This document shows positions 12,021 through 23,720 of a DNA stretch of 64,000 nt, in pieces. The translations under genes were made by a program, and so were the position numbers. Origin of the DNA: Octopus bimaculoides (taxonomy: Eukaryota); the NCBI RefSeq assembly GCF_001194135.2, contig NC_069004.1:12020527-12084526 (forward strand), written 5' to 3'. Within the stretch, counting starts at the first letter, position 1. Every line of letters begins with the position of its first letter. Under the pieces are notes generated by a model, which was given only the letters and a program-made list of their open reading frames with translations, was not told the DNA's origin and searched no databases.

Positions 12021-12290
12021 GGTGGTCAGTGTTGGACAGCCCATTAATGATAGTCTAGGAACTGCCTCTTTCTCATAATTAAAACATTAAAAACAACTCT
12101 GACAGCAGTGGTGGTCAGTGTTGGACAGACCATTAAGATTAGTATAGGAGCAACCTCTTGATTAAAACATTAAAGACAACTCTAACAGTGGTGGTGGTCA
12201 GTGTTGGATAACCGACTAATATTAGTCTTGGAATCACCTTGATTAAAACATTAAAAACACCTCTGACTATGGTGGTGGTCAGTGTTGGAG
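12021..12290. repeat. Diverged minisatellite, 81-89-bp unit x3.2
   Basis: GGTGGTCAGTGTTGG at 12021, 12110, 12193 and 12274, with shared ATTAAAACATTAAA.ACA.CTCT.AC. Confidence 0.85.
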
Positions 12291-12863
12291 AGCATTCTAA
12301 GCTGGCTTCAACTAATAAGCTGAAGAATTGACATGGACTCTCACAACAGCTTCCCTTTAAATCTACACAATCCTTTCCCTTTAAATTTAGATGACCTTTA
12401 CCCTTTACAATTATGACCCCTTCTCTCTATCTGACCCTATACAGGTTTTATGTGGTTCTCATCACTCTCCGAAATTGATTCCTTTAATTAGTTCTTCTAA
12501 CTACTAAAACCCCGTTACTCTTTCTAGCTTACCTTATCGTATCATTTAACCATTTCTGTAGATAAATCTTCTGTTTATTCTTGAAAGCCACCAGCTGTTG
12601 TTACCAAGATTCTTTCCACCAACCATTCTACTAGAATTCTCTCACTTCGACCCCAGCCTTGCTTCAGTTTGTGTCTAAAATCTTAAATCTATTTCTTTTA
12701 CTTGTATCAGTCATTAGACTACAGCCAAGCTGGAGCACCACCTTATTTTAAGTTATCAAATCATCCCCATTTAAAATCTCCTACATATCCTATCAATTTC
12801 TATTTGCCAAACTGCTAAGTTATTTCACTTCACAACAGCTCGTGTCTTCTCTGTTGGTTATAT

Positions 12864-13090
12864 TTAATTCTTCAGCATTTAATCCGGCCATATCCAGCCC
12901 AAATATTCTACCTGTTTTATGTTTAAACTGACCAGATCCAACCTCTCATGCCAATCCTACAACATCATTCTAAAAATATACAAATACCCCATCGAAATCT
13001 TGATGTGACAAGATAATGCGTGATTAATTCAAAACAATGGAAATAAGATGCAATACATTTGACAAAGAAACCTGAATGCTACAGGGCTAA
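12864..13090. mobile_element. Second TTAA/piggyBac-like MITE family
   Basis: Degenerate TTAA(CCC)TT.AGCATT ... GAATGCTA.AGGG(T)TAA termini; a 3' fragment recurs at ~23717-23795. Confidence 0.55.
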
Positions 13091-14308
13091 AGTTTCTCTG
13101 TAGATTGTTAATTGCTCATCCAACAGACATACACCTTGTATTATATATACACATGCTATACTATATACACCTTGTTTTATATACACACACATATAACTCA
13201 GGTTTCTGTTGTTTCTCTATAGTATACATAGTGTACAATATACACATAGTATGCTATACTCTCATAATATTACACACACACACACAATACTACACAATTA
13301 TACACACACAATACTACACAACCATACACATACATTGAGCTATACATACATGTTACTGCACAGGCAATGCACTACACACAATATTAAACATACACAGTAT
13401 ACCATACACATGTAGAACTTCATGCTCAGTGTTCTATACACATGTAGAGTGTATTATACACTGTACAATATATGTGTCTTATATACATACAGTATTGCTC
13501 ACATGTTGTGCTATATGTATACACTGTACAGTATAGTATGCTGGGTACTGTACACTGTACTACATCTACTGTGTATTACTGACCCTGCATACATCGAATG
13601 GTACAAGCATCTGAGACTAGTTTTTGACTGAAGAATCAATTTAATACTTTCAAAACAGCCATAGGGCCTGATGCTTAGGGGTGGAGGGTAGGTGATTAAA
13701 TTGGCCCCTGTGTTTGATTGATATTTTATTTTATCAACCTTGGAACGATGAAATGCAAAGTTGATCTTGGTAGGATTTGAACTCAAAGCGCAAAAGGTTT
13801 GAGGAAATACTGCAAAGCATTTTATCTGCTACTTTGGAGACTTTATCCATCCACTACACTAATAAAACAAAACAATAAAAATAAAACAAGTTAAATTGGG
13901 ATAAAAGAAAACCAGTTGAAAAGTACACAAGTGTGTGTATGTACGCACACGCACACACACACATGTATGCACATGCGCATACATATTTGCAAGGTAACTT
14001 ACTTCCAAGGTGATTGTGGATAAATGGTTGATTATGAACTCTGAGACAATTCCCAACACAAATATCACCAGATAATTATAGGAATTTAGTAAAATTGTGT
14101 TAAGCAAATCTTAAAATCTGTACAAATGTCTTAAATATCGACAACGCTGTACAATTGAGTTACACGGAACATCAGATTTATTGAGGTAAAATAAATTGAT
14201 TTATATGGAGAATCATGTTTATTGAGGTGAAATAAAACCAGCACAGGATCTCAAATTAACTAAAAGTAGACTTAAATAGATTGCTGTTGTTTTGGGAAGG
14301 GAAAGTAC

Positions 14309-15466
14309 ATTAGTGATATGGTTGGTGTTTAATGCAGAAAAGAATGGATTTAAGATTTAAGCTTACACAAGATTCTGGCGATTTCTGTTCTATAAATAGA
14401 TCCAGGTTTAGAGTTTCTTAATTCTGTGGTTCTGATAATTTATGACAAGTGAATGCAAAGATTATTTACAAGTGGAGACTAAGTGATGGTTTTGGCTGGG
14501 AGTGAGATAATTTGCTGTTGTGACGAAAGCCGATAAAAGTTCGAAGACATCGGGAGCTGTTGTTTGTCTGGCATGGTTGTTTGCACACTTAAAGCAACCG
14601 TCAAATACACTGGAGTTTGTTTGTGTAATGCAAGGTTACGATATTTGTAAAATATGTTTGGTTGTCATCAAGAGAGAGATGAGTTCTGCTGTTTCAAGTT
14701 GGGCCTTGTCTTTGAAGAAACAGTCCCTCGCAGATAGGACTTGAGCCAAATATGAGGAGGTGGTGAAAAGTTCCTGGCTTTGTGTAAAAGAGAATACAGA
14801 AGGCTCAGTCAATTATGATTTTGCAATGTTATTACTAGTTCAAACATGCCAGTGGCACATTCAAACTTCGTAAACGAGCCATTTATTGTGTTTTGTCATG
14901 AAGTAAATTTCTCACTGTAAATACCCCAAAATCAGCTCACAGCACCACCTGTGAGATGCAAGTGTTTCAGCGTGATTATCTCCTCTTCAGTCACAGAAAC
15001 CGGATGGTGGCTCTGCAAGCTGATAAGAGAGACAGTCTCTCTCTTATGTTATTCTAGTCTTCAATTTTATTCAACATATTCCCCTCTCAGATCCACATAC
15101 TAATTGCAGTGGTCATTCAGTTCTTGTAAGTCCTGTAAAAGAACCTGGAAGGTTGGGCCTCCAATCAGGCCTTAAAGCCAGGAACTTTTCAGCACCCCCT
15201 TGTATCTGTTGTCTATCAAGCAGTTGCATCGCTGAGGATTCAAATTTTAGCGGTTCACCTGCTTTGGACAAAAAGGAATCAATTGTATGGCATTATATTT
15301 TATATTTCCAAATCTATTTTAAATGTTTAAGCACTTATAGTATTAGTGATATGGTTGGTGTTTAATGCAGAGAAGAATGGACTTAAGATTTAAGCTTACA
15401 CAAGATTCTGGCGATTTCTGTTCTATAAATAGATCCAGGTTTAGAGTTTCTTAATTCTGTGGTTCT
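14309..15466 (-). mobile_element. Direct-repeat-bounded element, possibly a truncated Penelope-like element with pseudo-LTRs
   Basis: 125-bp direct repeats at 14309-14433 and 15342-15466 (2 mismatches); weak GIY-YIG-like remnants on the minus strand (CFKC..RQT; LFIEQKSP); interrupted by a mariner MITE. Confidence 0.4.
14751..15204. mobile_element. Tc1/mariner-type MITE
   Basis: TA-TGAGGAGGTGGTGAAAAGTTCCTGGCTTT ... AAAGCCAGGAACTTTTCAGCACCCCCTTG-TA: ~29-bp TIRs, TA target duplication. Confidence 0.85.
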
Positions 15467-15940
15467 TGTGTATTGGTTAAAGTCTCTGATAATTTATGAC
15501 AATTTATGACATAGTTTAAGCACTTAATAGTAATGTGTCGTGAAGTACTGCCTCATTAAGCATTGCCCAGAACCTCATTTGAAATGGTCTTTCATTGGCT
15601 TCAGGATTCTCTGTTTAAAAAATATTTTGACAAGAAAATTAATTCTAGAAAACTCAATATCTTAACGCTTGATAAACCAGTAAGAAAANNNNNNNNNNNN
15701 NNNNNNNNNNNNNNNNNNNNNNNNNNNNNNNNNNNNNNNNNNNNNNNNNNNNNNNNNNNNNNNNNNNNNNNNNNNNNNNNNNNNNNNNNNNNNNNNNNNN
15801 NNNNNNNNNNNNNNNNNNNNNNNNNNNNNNNNNNNNNNNNNNNNNNNNNNNNNNNNNNNNNNNNNNNNNNNNNNNNNNNNNNNNNNNNNNNNNNNNNNNN
15901 NNNNNNNNNNNNNNNNNNNNNNNNNNNNNNNNNNNNNNGG

Positions 15941-16500
15941 GAGGAAAGACTGGTACTTATTTTATTGCCGCCAAAAAGATGAAAGGCAAAGATGACCTTG
16001 GCAGAATCTGAACTCTGAAAACAAAAGGACAAACATAGTGCCACTAAGCATTTTGCCTGGCATACTCTTTTACTTGTTTCAGTCCTTTGACTGTAGCCAT
16101 GCTGGAGCACTGCCTTTAGTCGAGCAAATCGACCCCAGGACTTATTCTTTGGAAGCCTAGTACTTATTCTATTGGTTTCTTTTGCTGAACCGCTAAGTTA
16201 CAGGGACGTAAACACACCAGCATCAGTTGTCAAGCGATGTTTGGGGGGGACAAACACAGACACACAAACATATACACACATACATATATATTTATACATA
16301 CATACGACGGGCTTTTTTCAGTTTCCGTGTACCAAATCCACTCACAAGGATTTGATCGGCCTGGGGCTATAGTAGAAGACACTTGCTCAAGGTGCCACGC
16401 AGTGGGACTGAACCCGGAACCATGTGGTTCGTAAGCAAGCTACTTACCACACAGCTACTCCTATGCCTAGCATGCTAATAATCCTGTCGGCTTGCCGCCT
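15941..16500 (-). mobile_element. SINE A interrupted by a full-length SINE B (16053-16465)
   Basis: The A sequence breaks at ...TTTTGCCTGGCAT and resumes AGCATGCTAAT...GCCGCCTTA after the B copy. Confidence 0.75.
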
Positions 16501-16539
16501 TAATAATAATAATAATAATAATAATAATAGTAATAATGA

Positions 16540-16757
16540 TGGTTTCAAATTTTGGTACAAGGCCAGCAATTTCAGGGAGGAGTAAGTCAATTGCATTGAC
16601 CCCAGTGCTCAACTGGTACTTATTTTATCAGCCCCTTTCATCTTTATGAAAGGCAAAGTCAACCTTGGCAGAATTTAACTCTGAGCATAAAGACTGATGA
16701 AATGCTGCTAATTATTTTGCCCAGCATGCTAATGATTTTGCTAGCTCACCGTTTTCT
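16540..16757 (-). mobile_element. SINE family A
   Basis: Full unit in reverse orientation, preceded by (AAT)n. Confidence 0.8.
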
Positions 16758-16784
16758 TAATAATGATGATAATAATAATCGGGT

Positions 16785-17045
16785 AAAAACTCCCTTCGGT
16801 CATGAATCACTATGGGATTGCACCTAGAAAGTTCCCCTCCATGGCGCAAGTTCAGGCAGATATGTTTATGGAAGACCAGCAGTAGCCCATGCATACCAGC
16901 CTCCCCTCTCCACACCACCAATGTTATCCAAGGGAGAGGCAAACAAGAACAACATGAAATAAAGTGTCTTGCTCAAGAACGCAAAATGCAACCCAATCCA
17001 GGAATTAAACTCACAACCTTATGATTGTGAACCTGACTCTCTAAT
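16785..17045 (-). mobile_element. SINE family C
   Basis: Reverse complement matches 9190-9515. Confidence 0.75.
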
Positions 17046-19025
17046 CGCCTTCGCAATTATAATAATAATAATATAAATCCATCCAGCCCATGCCAGCATG
17101 GAAAGCAGACATTGAACGATGATGATGAAATAATTTACTATTATTATTATTATGAAAGAAAGAAAGCCTAGTAAAATTTATTAAAAAAAAAAATTTTCAC
17201 TCCCCTCCTGTTTCTCCTGACCACGGTTCCAATTCACTACCATTATGTTTTATATCCCATCCTCTCAGACAGGACACTTCACTTCTCCTTCCCCTTCCTT
17301 GGTTTCATATCAATAGATTGTTTACAGTAAAAGCTAGTTATTTACATTGTTATTGCTTCTGTCTTTGCCCTCGGCCTGCCACTTATTTCTAATTTATTAT
17401 GGTCTTATTTTCAGAGAACCATTCCACTAATTGCTCTTCAGTCATTATTAGAGATCTCCTCTTCCATTCTTTCTCTAAAGGAATCTTGTTGTTAATGAAG
17501 AAACATATTTTATAGATTTTTGGATAATATTACATTATAGTTTGACTGGAGATAGCAAAATTCAAATATTCTGTTACTTTGTTCTGGAATCAATACATCT
17601 TGGTAGTTAGCCAAATCTTGGCTGGAATTGGTTTATTCAGATTGGGCTAATCATAGCAGTTCAACAAAGAAGACCAAACAAATAAGCAAATAAATAAAAA
17701 CCCTCTATCTTTTCAAGAATGATTAAAAATTCATTAAAAAGTAAGAAACTAATATTTCTAAATTCTTTAATATTGGCACCAAAATATGGGGCAAAGCATT
17801 TGTGAAGAATTGTGCAAGAGCTGATGGCTCTTGAAGAGGAAGACTGGCCGTTTGTATTGATTTAACCTATTTCTATTTGATGAGTCATTTATGCAGGGGT
17901 TTGATGGTTTTGCAAACTTATACATTTGAAAATGTTTGATGTGAAGACCATCATCTGGCTGCAAAGTTATGACCCAAATAATATGAAATATACAAGAATG
18001 AAGTAGGTTTTTTTTTTCTTTGCTTTTGTGTCTTCCAGGACCATTGTGAATAGCTTTGGAATGTGAAAGCTGTCCAACTCATGTTGGACTTGAAAACTAG
18101 TGTGTGTGGTGGGGGTGGATTGAATATGATGTTAGAATAGTTGAAATAGGATTTTGTTTCCAGTTAGCTTGTCCGTTCCATCATTAATCAATAAATGAGA
18201 TTAAAGAATGGACCTTGTCTTCTGTTGGCTTCATTGCATCAAATAATGTAGGAGTGCTACACAGACAGTAAATGGAGTGGAACATGGACAGCTATGGTAG
18301 CAAAAGATGGAGAGATGGGCAGATAGACAGACAGATTCTGATTGGAGTGTAGCTTTAGTTTTAATACAGTTTTACTACATGAATCCTGTATGTATATTTT
18401 ATTTTTCTGTGAAATGATTTTATGCTAATCTTGTTGGTTTCGGTCTGGCAGTAACTAATATCCTTCTTGGCTGGGAATGGTTCATTTAACAAGCATCTCT
18501 TTTTAGCTTAGTTTCTATCCTGGATCACTAACTTTTCTTCTCCTTCATAATTAAATTGTCTTCAGTTTAATTATAACTGTTAACAGAGACAGAATGGTAA
18601 GCTCTTTGTAGCAGAATTGTATTTTAGTTAAGAGCATGTTGGTGCAATTTAGAATACAACTCCAAGAACTTTTGACATATTGTTCCAGTATTCAGACTTG
18701 ATGTTGTGGTTAAGAAACATAACTAAGTTCTTAGACATTGTGAACACCAATTTTAGACAGCAGAAGAATGAAAGGACATAAATTTTCCTAAAATTTTTTT
18801 CCTTTATTTATGGTTCCGCAGATCCATTCAACAGACAAAATGTCTGGCTGCAAGTTGTGGATTCTTTTACTTGTTTCAGCCATTTAACTGTGGCCATGCT
18901 GGAACACCACCTTTTAAAGGAATTTTTAGTTGAAGAAATTGACCCCAGAACTTATTCTTTGTAAGCCTAGTTCTTATTCTATTGGTCTCTTTTGCCAATT
19001 TTGGTAGTGCTTATGTTAAAAAACC

Positions 19026-19268
19026 GGTAATCTTCAAGTTTAGGGGGATAAAAATATAAATAAAAATATTCAAGGGAAATAACTGAACGACTTACCATTT
19101 TCTTCTAGCTGTTTATTAATAAATCACACCCTAACCCTAATGTCAATCAAATCACGTGTGTGATTTATTTATAAACGGAGATGTACGGAGAATACTGGTA
19201 AGATGTTCAGTTACTTCCCTTGAATATTTTTATTTATTTTTTTTATCCAGCTAAACTTGAAGATTACC
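19026..19268. mobile_element. Foldback (Mutator-like) MITE with a telomere-like repeat in its loop
   Basis: GGTAATCTTCAAGTTTAG...CTAAACTTGAAGATTACC; ~72-bp outer arms plus inner GTTTAT.AATAAATCACAC arms; loop contains CCCTAACCCTAA; flanks (T)TAAAAAACC / TAAAAAAACC look like a 9-10-bp TSD. Confidence 0.8.
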
Positions 19269-19324
19269 TAAAAAAACCATTCTTGTCATAAAATTGGCAG
19301 ATTTTGCAGAATCCTTAGACTTTT

Positions 19325-19430
19325 ATGGTATTTGTTCTGGCTTTTCATATTCTGAGTTCAATTCCTGCGAAGGTAAGCTTTGCTTTTCATCCTTTTGTGG
19401 GGTCAATAACAGAGTACCAGTCATGTTTTC
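19325..19430 (+). mobile_element. SINE family A, decayed partial
   Basis: GCAGAATCCTTAG...TTCTGAGTTCAATTCC...TTTGCTTTTCATCCTTT..GGGGTCAATAA..GAGTACCAG. Confidence 0.6.
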
Positions 19431-21143
19431 CCTCTTCTTGTGACTAGAGTAGAAACCGTTACTATTATTGCTTTATAAATTCTTTATGAATAAAATATAA
19501 TGACTTTTTCAGAAATGCCTTTTCTGTTTTTATTGTTTTTTAAAGTATTTCACAAAGTCGATATTTCAAACCTAGTTCTGAGCGGAGTTTAATGAGATAC
19601 ATAATGAAGTAATTAACAGGATATTTAACAAAATATTGTTATTAATTTTAAGTCGCTGCACCTCGAGCAGTGAAAATGTTTTAAATATTTGAAGGAAAGT
19701 AAGGTTATAATGATTAACAAAACAATTGCTTGGCAAATAATATATACAGGGTTCAGTTCCTGCCAGTAGGGGATCTGTGTGTGTACCATAACACAGCTGC
19801 CTGGCAAGGAATACATAGAGGGTTCAATTCCTACCAGCAGGTAGTCGTGGTTGTCTACATCTGTTTTCTCTCTCAAATTGGTTTTTCTAATATCTGACGT
19901 CACCATCTCGTCAACACTTTAATAATTAATCACCAAGTTAAGTAAGGAGTCAGATTAACCATTTCACATCTCTTTCAATGACTCTCTAGAATGGTGGGTT
20001 TCAAACATTTATGTCTCCCCCCCCCCCATTAGTATGGGGGATCTATCTAAAATTAACAGCGTCACCAAAAGCAGTTCTTCATTCACAGTTCAGCAAGAAT
20101 CAGAATTCAATGTCTTTGTTGCTGGGTTTTTTTTTATTATTATTATTATTTCATTTTAAATGTGATTTATTTATTCATTTATTCATTGTTGTTGTTATTA
20201 CTGTAGTTTTTCTTCTTTTACTTTTTCATTGTTGTCATATATATTTTGGATTTGAAAGATTTTGTCATCAGAGAAACGAAATGAATGTTGTACAACTTAT
20301 TAAACGAACATCTTTTCTCATACAATGATCATAAGAACAAGAGAAGTTGCTGATGACGCTAACAGACAGACAAAAAAACGCTATCCTCATCACATGAACT
20401 CAACTTCTTCACTTCACCCCAATCTCGGGGCCGCCATCACTACTGGACCCTAACACATAACATGCCTCGTTATGTATTGTGTTACTATCTCTGCTCCCCA
20501 CCGTACCTCCAATCCCATAACCATTCATCATTATCATCAGCGTTTTTTGTTTTTTTTCTGTGGTAGTGGTGGTGGTAGGGCTTTGCAACATGTTGATCAA
20601 ATCAGTTGAAGATATATGGCAAACACTTAACAGATTGTTGCGGGCAGAATTCTTCTGTATTGTTACAAATGCTTCAATGGCAATCATGTAAAGAATAATC
20701 GCATCTGAGAACCCAGAACGAGAAATATAAGACTCCCCCTACTGCTCCCCACAACATGTGATAAAACCATATTTTACAGCTAATCTTATGATATTTCCAT
20801 TAAGACAAATTCCATTAAGAAGATTCATTTAAACATAGAAGAAACCACAAAAAGGAAAAAGTGTATAAAGTGGTTTTCTTATTGTTCAACTGAAAAGAGG
20901 GAAGTTTTTAAGAATGGCCAAGACAGGCTTTTATCAGACAATGCTGCTATCAAAGGAATTCTTTCTTGTTTCAGTAATTGGATTGCAGCCATCTGGGGCC
21001 ACTGCCTTAGAGGGTTTTAGTCAACCTCAGTACTTTTTTTTTCTGGTGCTATCAGTCTCTATTGCTAAACTGGTAATTTACAGAAATGTAAACAAACCAA
21101 CACTGGCTGACAAGCATGACAAACATAAAAATACACATACACC

Positions 21144-21184
<41 letters not shown>

Positions 21185-21187
21185 TTT

Positions 21188-21378
21188 TCTACTCTAGACA
21201 TGAAATTTTTGGGGGAGGGGGCCAGTTTATTAGATCCGACCCCAGTACGCAACTGGTACTTAATTTATCAACGCCGAAAGGATGAAAGGCAAAGTTGACC
21301 TCAGCAGAATTTGAACTCAGAATGCAAAGACAAATGAAATAATGCTAAGCATTTCGCCTGGCATGCTAACATTTCTGC
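21188..21378 (-). mobile_element. SINE family A
   Basis: Matches the family A unit in reverse. Confidence 0.8.
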
Positions 21379-21387
21379 CAGCTTGCC

Positions 21388-21442
<55 letters not shown>

Positions 21443-21654
21443 ATAAAATAAATAATATATAAATATATGCATATATACATATGTATATGTACATACCTAC
21501 ATATGTATGTATATATACATGCATGTATTGGTACAGGACATCAAAAAAACGTTAAACGCAATGAGAAACATAAAAACAAAAACATAGAAAACAAACTTTC
21601 TTTTCAAACAATGAAAAAAAACAAACGGAGAAACGAGACATGCAACATAATTTA

Positions 21655-21890
21655 CCTTATTTACAATTGACGGATATTTGTCCTCATCTTGTTTGTTGTT
21701 TACACAACGTTTCGGCTGATATACCCTCCAGCCTTCATCAGGTGTCTTGGGGAAATTTCGAATCTGGGTTCTCATTCCTAAGGTATTTTTCGATGTTATT
21801 ATTATAATTATTATTCAGGTCACTGCCTGAAATCGAACTTGGAATCTTGGGGTTAGTAGCCTGCGCTCTTAACCACTACACCATATGCCT
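21655..21890 (-). mobile_element. tRNA-headed SINE-like element (H1) with a 3' hammerhead ribozyme motif
   Basis: Minus strand: GGCATATGGTGTAGTGGTTAAGAGCGCAGGCTACTAACCCCAAGATTCCAAGTTCGATTTCAGGCAG (A and B boxes), (AAT)n linker, then the hammerhead motif. Confidence 0.7.
21702..21745 (-). ncRNA. Minimal type I hammerhead ribozyme motif
   Basis: ACAC-CTGATGA-A-GGCTGG AGGGTATA TCAGCC-GAAAC-GT-T-GTGT: stem I ACAC/GTGT, 6-bp stem II, palindromic ACGT stem III, GUU triplet. Confidence 0.7.
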
Positions 21891-22791
21891 GTGTTCTTGT
21901 TTCGCATCAATCATTGGTGTGTAACATAGTGGTTCGGCAAAAGAGACCGATAGAATAAGTACTAGGCTTACAAAGAATAAGCATCGCCACAGTCAAAATG
22001 ACTGAAACGAGTAAAAGAGTGTGTATATATATATATATATATATATGCATGTATATATATATATACTACAGCTGAAAGTCTTGTAGTCTTTTGTGCGTGG
22101 AATATCCAGAAGTAAATTTGACTCAACAAAAGGTCAAATCTTACTAGAGGTGGCTGACTTAGTCTTGCACTTTACCATTTCAAGCAGCTTGCTGCCCTTA
22201 ATTTTATTTTTGTATTCAAAAACTACCCCGAGACTGAAATGTGACAAAAACCTCCTATCACACGCACATGTTTATATCTTTTTCAATTTCCGTTTTGGCT
22301 TTTTCTTTTTGAATTTGAAATAGGTTTATTTATTTATTCATTTATAATTTTTTTTTTTAATTCCCTTCCCTTTTTCTTTGGTGTGAGATTCCTGATAAAA
22401 GTCACATCCTTGTTGCTTTAACTTTGATTTATCAACAGAATATTTTTTTTAGAAAAAAGTATGTTAAAATATCCAGAATTTCATATCAGGTATCTAATTC
22501 AGATTAACAGGCAATTTGATAATTAAATTTATGAATGAATTGGATGTGTAAAAGTTATAATTATCTTGTAATGATCTCTCACAACATTTTCTTATTAAGT
22601 ATCTGTTGGCTTGTAATATCTGCGAGATAGAACATGTCTTTAATGATGTCTCGAGGGAAGAAAAGTAGGCTCTCTCATGAAATGGTACAATTACTGTCAG
22701 ATTAAAGCAGTAAATTTGGAATTTATTGGACAAGAACCTTGATGTATTGTTGAAAATATTTTTGGCAACGAAATTTATACTTTGTAAATAT

Positions 22792-23010
22792 TGGTTTCAA
22801 ATTTTGATATGAGACCAGCAATTTTAGGGGAGGGGTTTATGTCAATGACATCAACCCCAGTGTTCAACTGGTACTTATTTTTATCAACCCTGAAAGGATG
22901 AAAGGAAAAGTTGACCTCGGCGGAATTTAAACTCAGAATATAAAAATGAATGAAATGCTGCTAAGCATTTTGTCTGATGCGCTAACGATTTTGCAAACTT
23001 ACCACCTTAA
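22792..23010 (-). mobile_element. SINE family A (plus a second partial copy at ~23025-23090)
   Basis: Matches the family A unit in reverse. Confidence 0.8.
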
Positions 23011-23118
23011 TGTTAGTTTGTAAATATTGATTTTAAATTTTGGCACAAGGCCAGCAATTTTAGGGGAGGGGTTAAGTCGATGATATTGATGCCAAAGTTA
23101 CCCCTTTATAAAGTAAAT

Positions 23119-23383
23119 CAATGGTCTTCAATAGTTTTTACCCATGGACCTCTTTGATTCCTATTTTACTGTACTGGATCCCCATAGATGTTCAATGTCT
23201 AAAATCTCCTATTGTATTGTTAGGATTAAATATTATCAGGAATTGCATTAAAAGCAATGTTTAAATATTTTGTGTAATGTAGAAATATAACCAGTTTATT
23301 GCACATAAATTTTAGCAACAAAATTTTACATGGACCACTCCACTCCCTCCAAGTGCCATATGGACCCTGGTTGAGAACCACTG
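23119..23383. mobile_element. hAT (Charlie-like) MITE, decayed
   Basis: Right end GGTTGAGAACCACTG (rc CAGTGGTTCTCAACC) and degenerate left end CAATGGTCTTCAAT; TSD not preserved. Confidence 0.5.
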
Positions 23384-23483
23384 GTGTAGAACAGTGCTCT
23401 ACAACCAGTATTCTGCGGCACACTAGTGTGTCATGAGATGATGCTAGGAGTGCCACAATGTAACTTGAATATAATTTTTTTCC

Positions 23484-23720
<237 letters not shown>

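Noticed and set aside
14955-14995. CTGAAGA...GAAAC on the minus strand inside the mariner MITE
   Set aside because: No valid stems I or II and no NUH triplet; not a hammerhead.
17400-18340. Acceptor-like TTTTCAG at 17414 and possible RT remnants
   Set aside because: No matching donor or sustained open frame; motif matches too weak.
19128-19140. Interstitial telomere / chromosome fusion site
   Set aside because: Only two CCCTAA units, inside a foldback transposon loop.
19895-19902. Full CRE palindrome TGACGTCA
   Set aside because: A single 8-mer is expected by chance about once in a window this size; not called as a feature.
21820-21890. Possible tRNA genes (also the heads of SINE families A-D)
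   Set aside because: A/B boxes are present, but acceptor stems are not intact and the heads run into SINE bodies.
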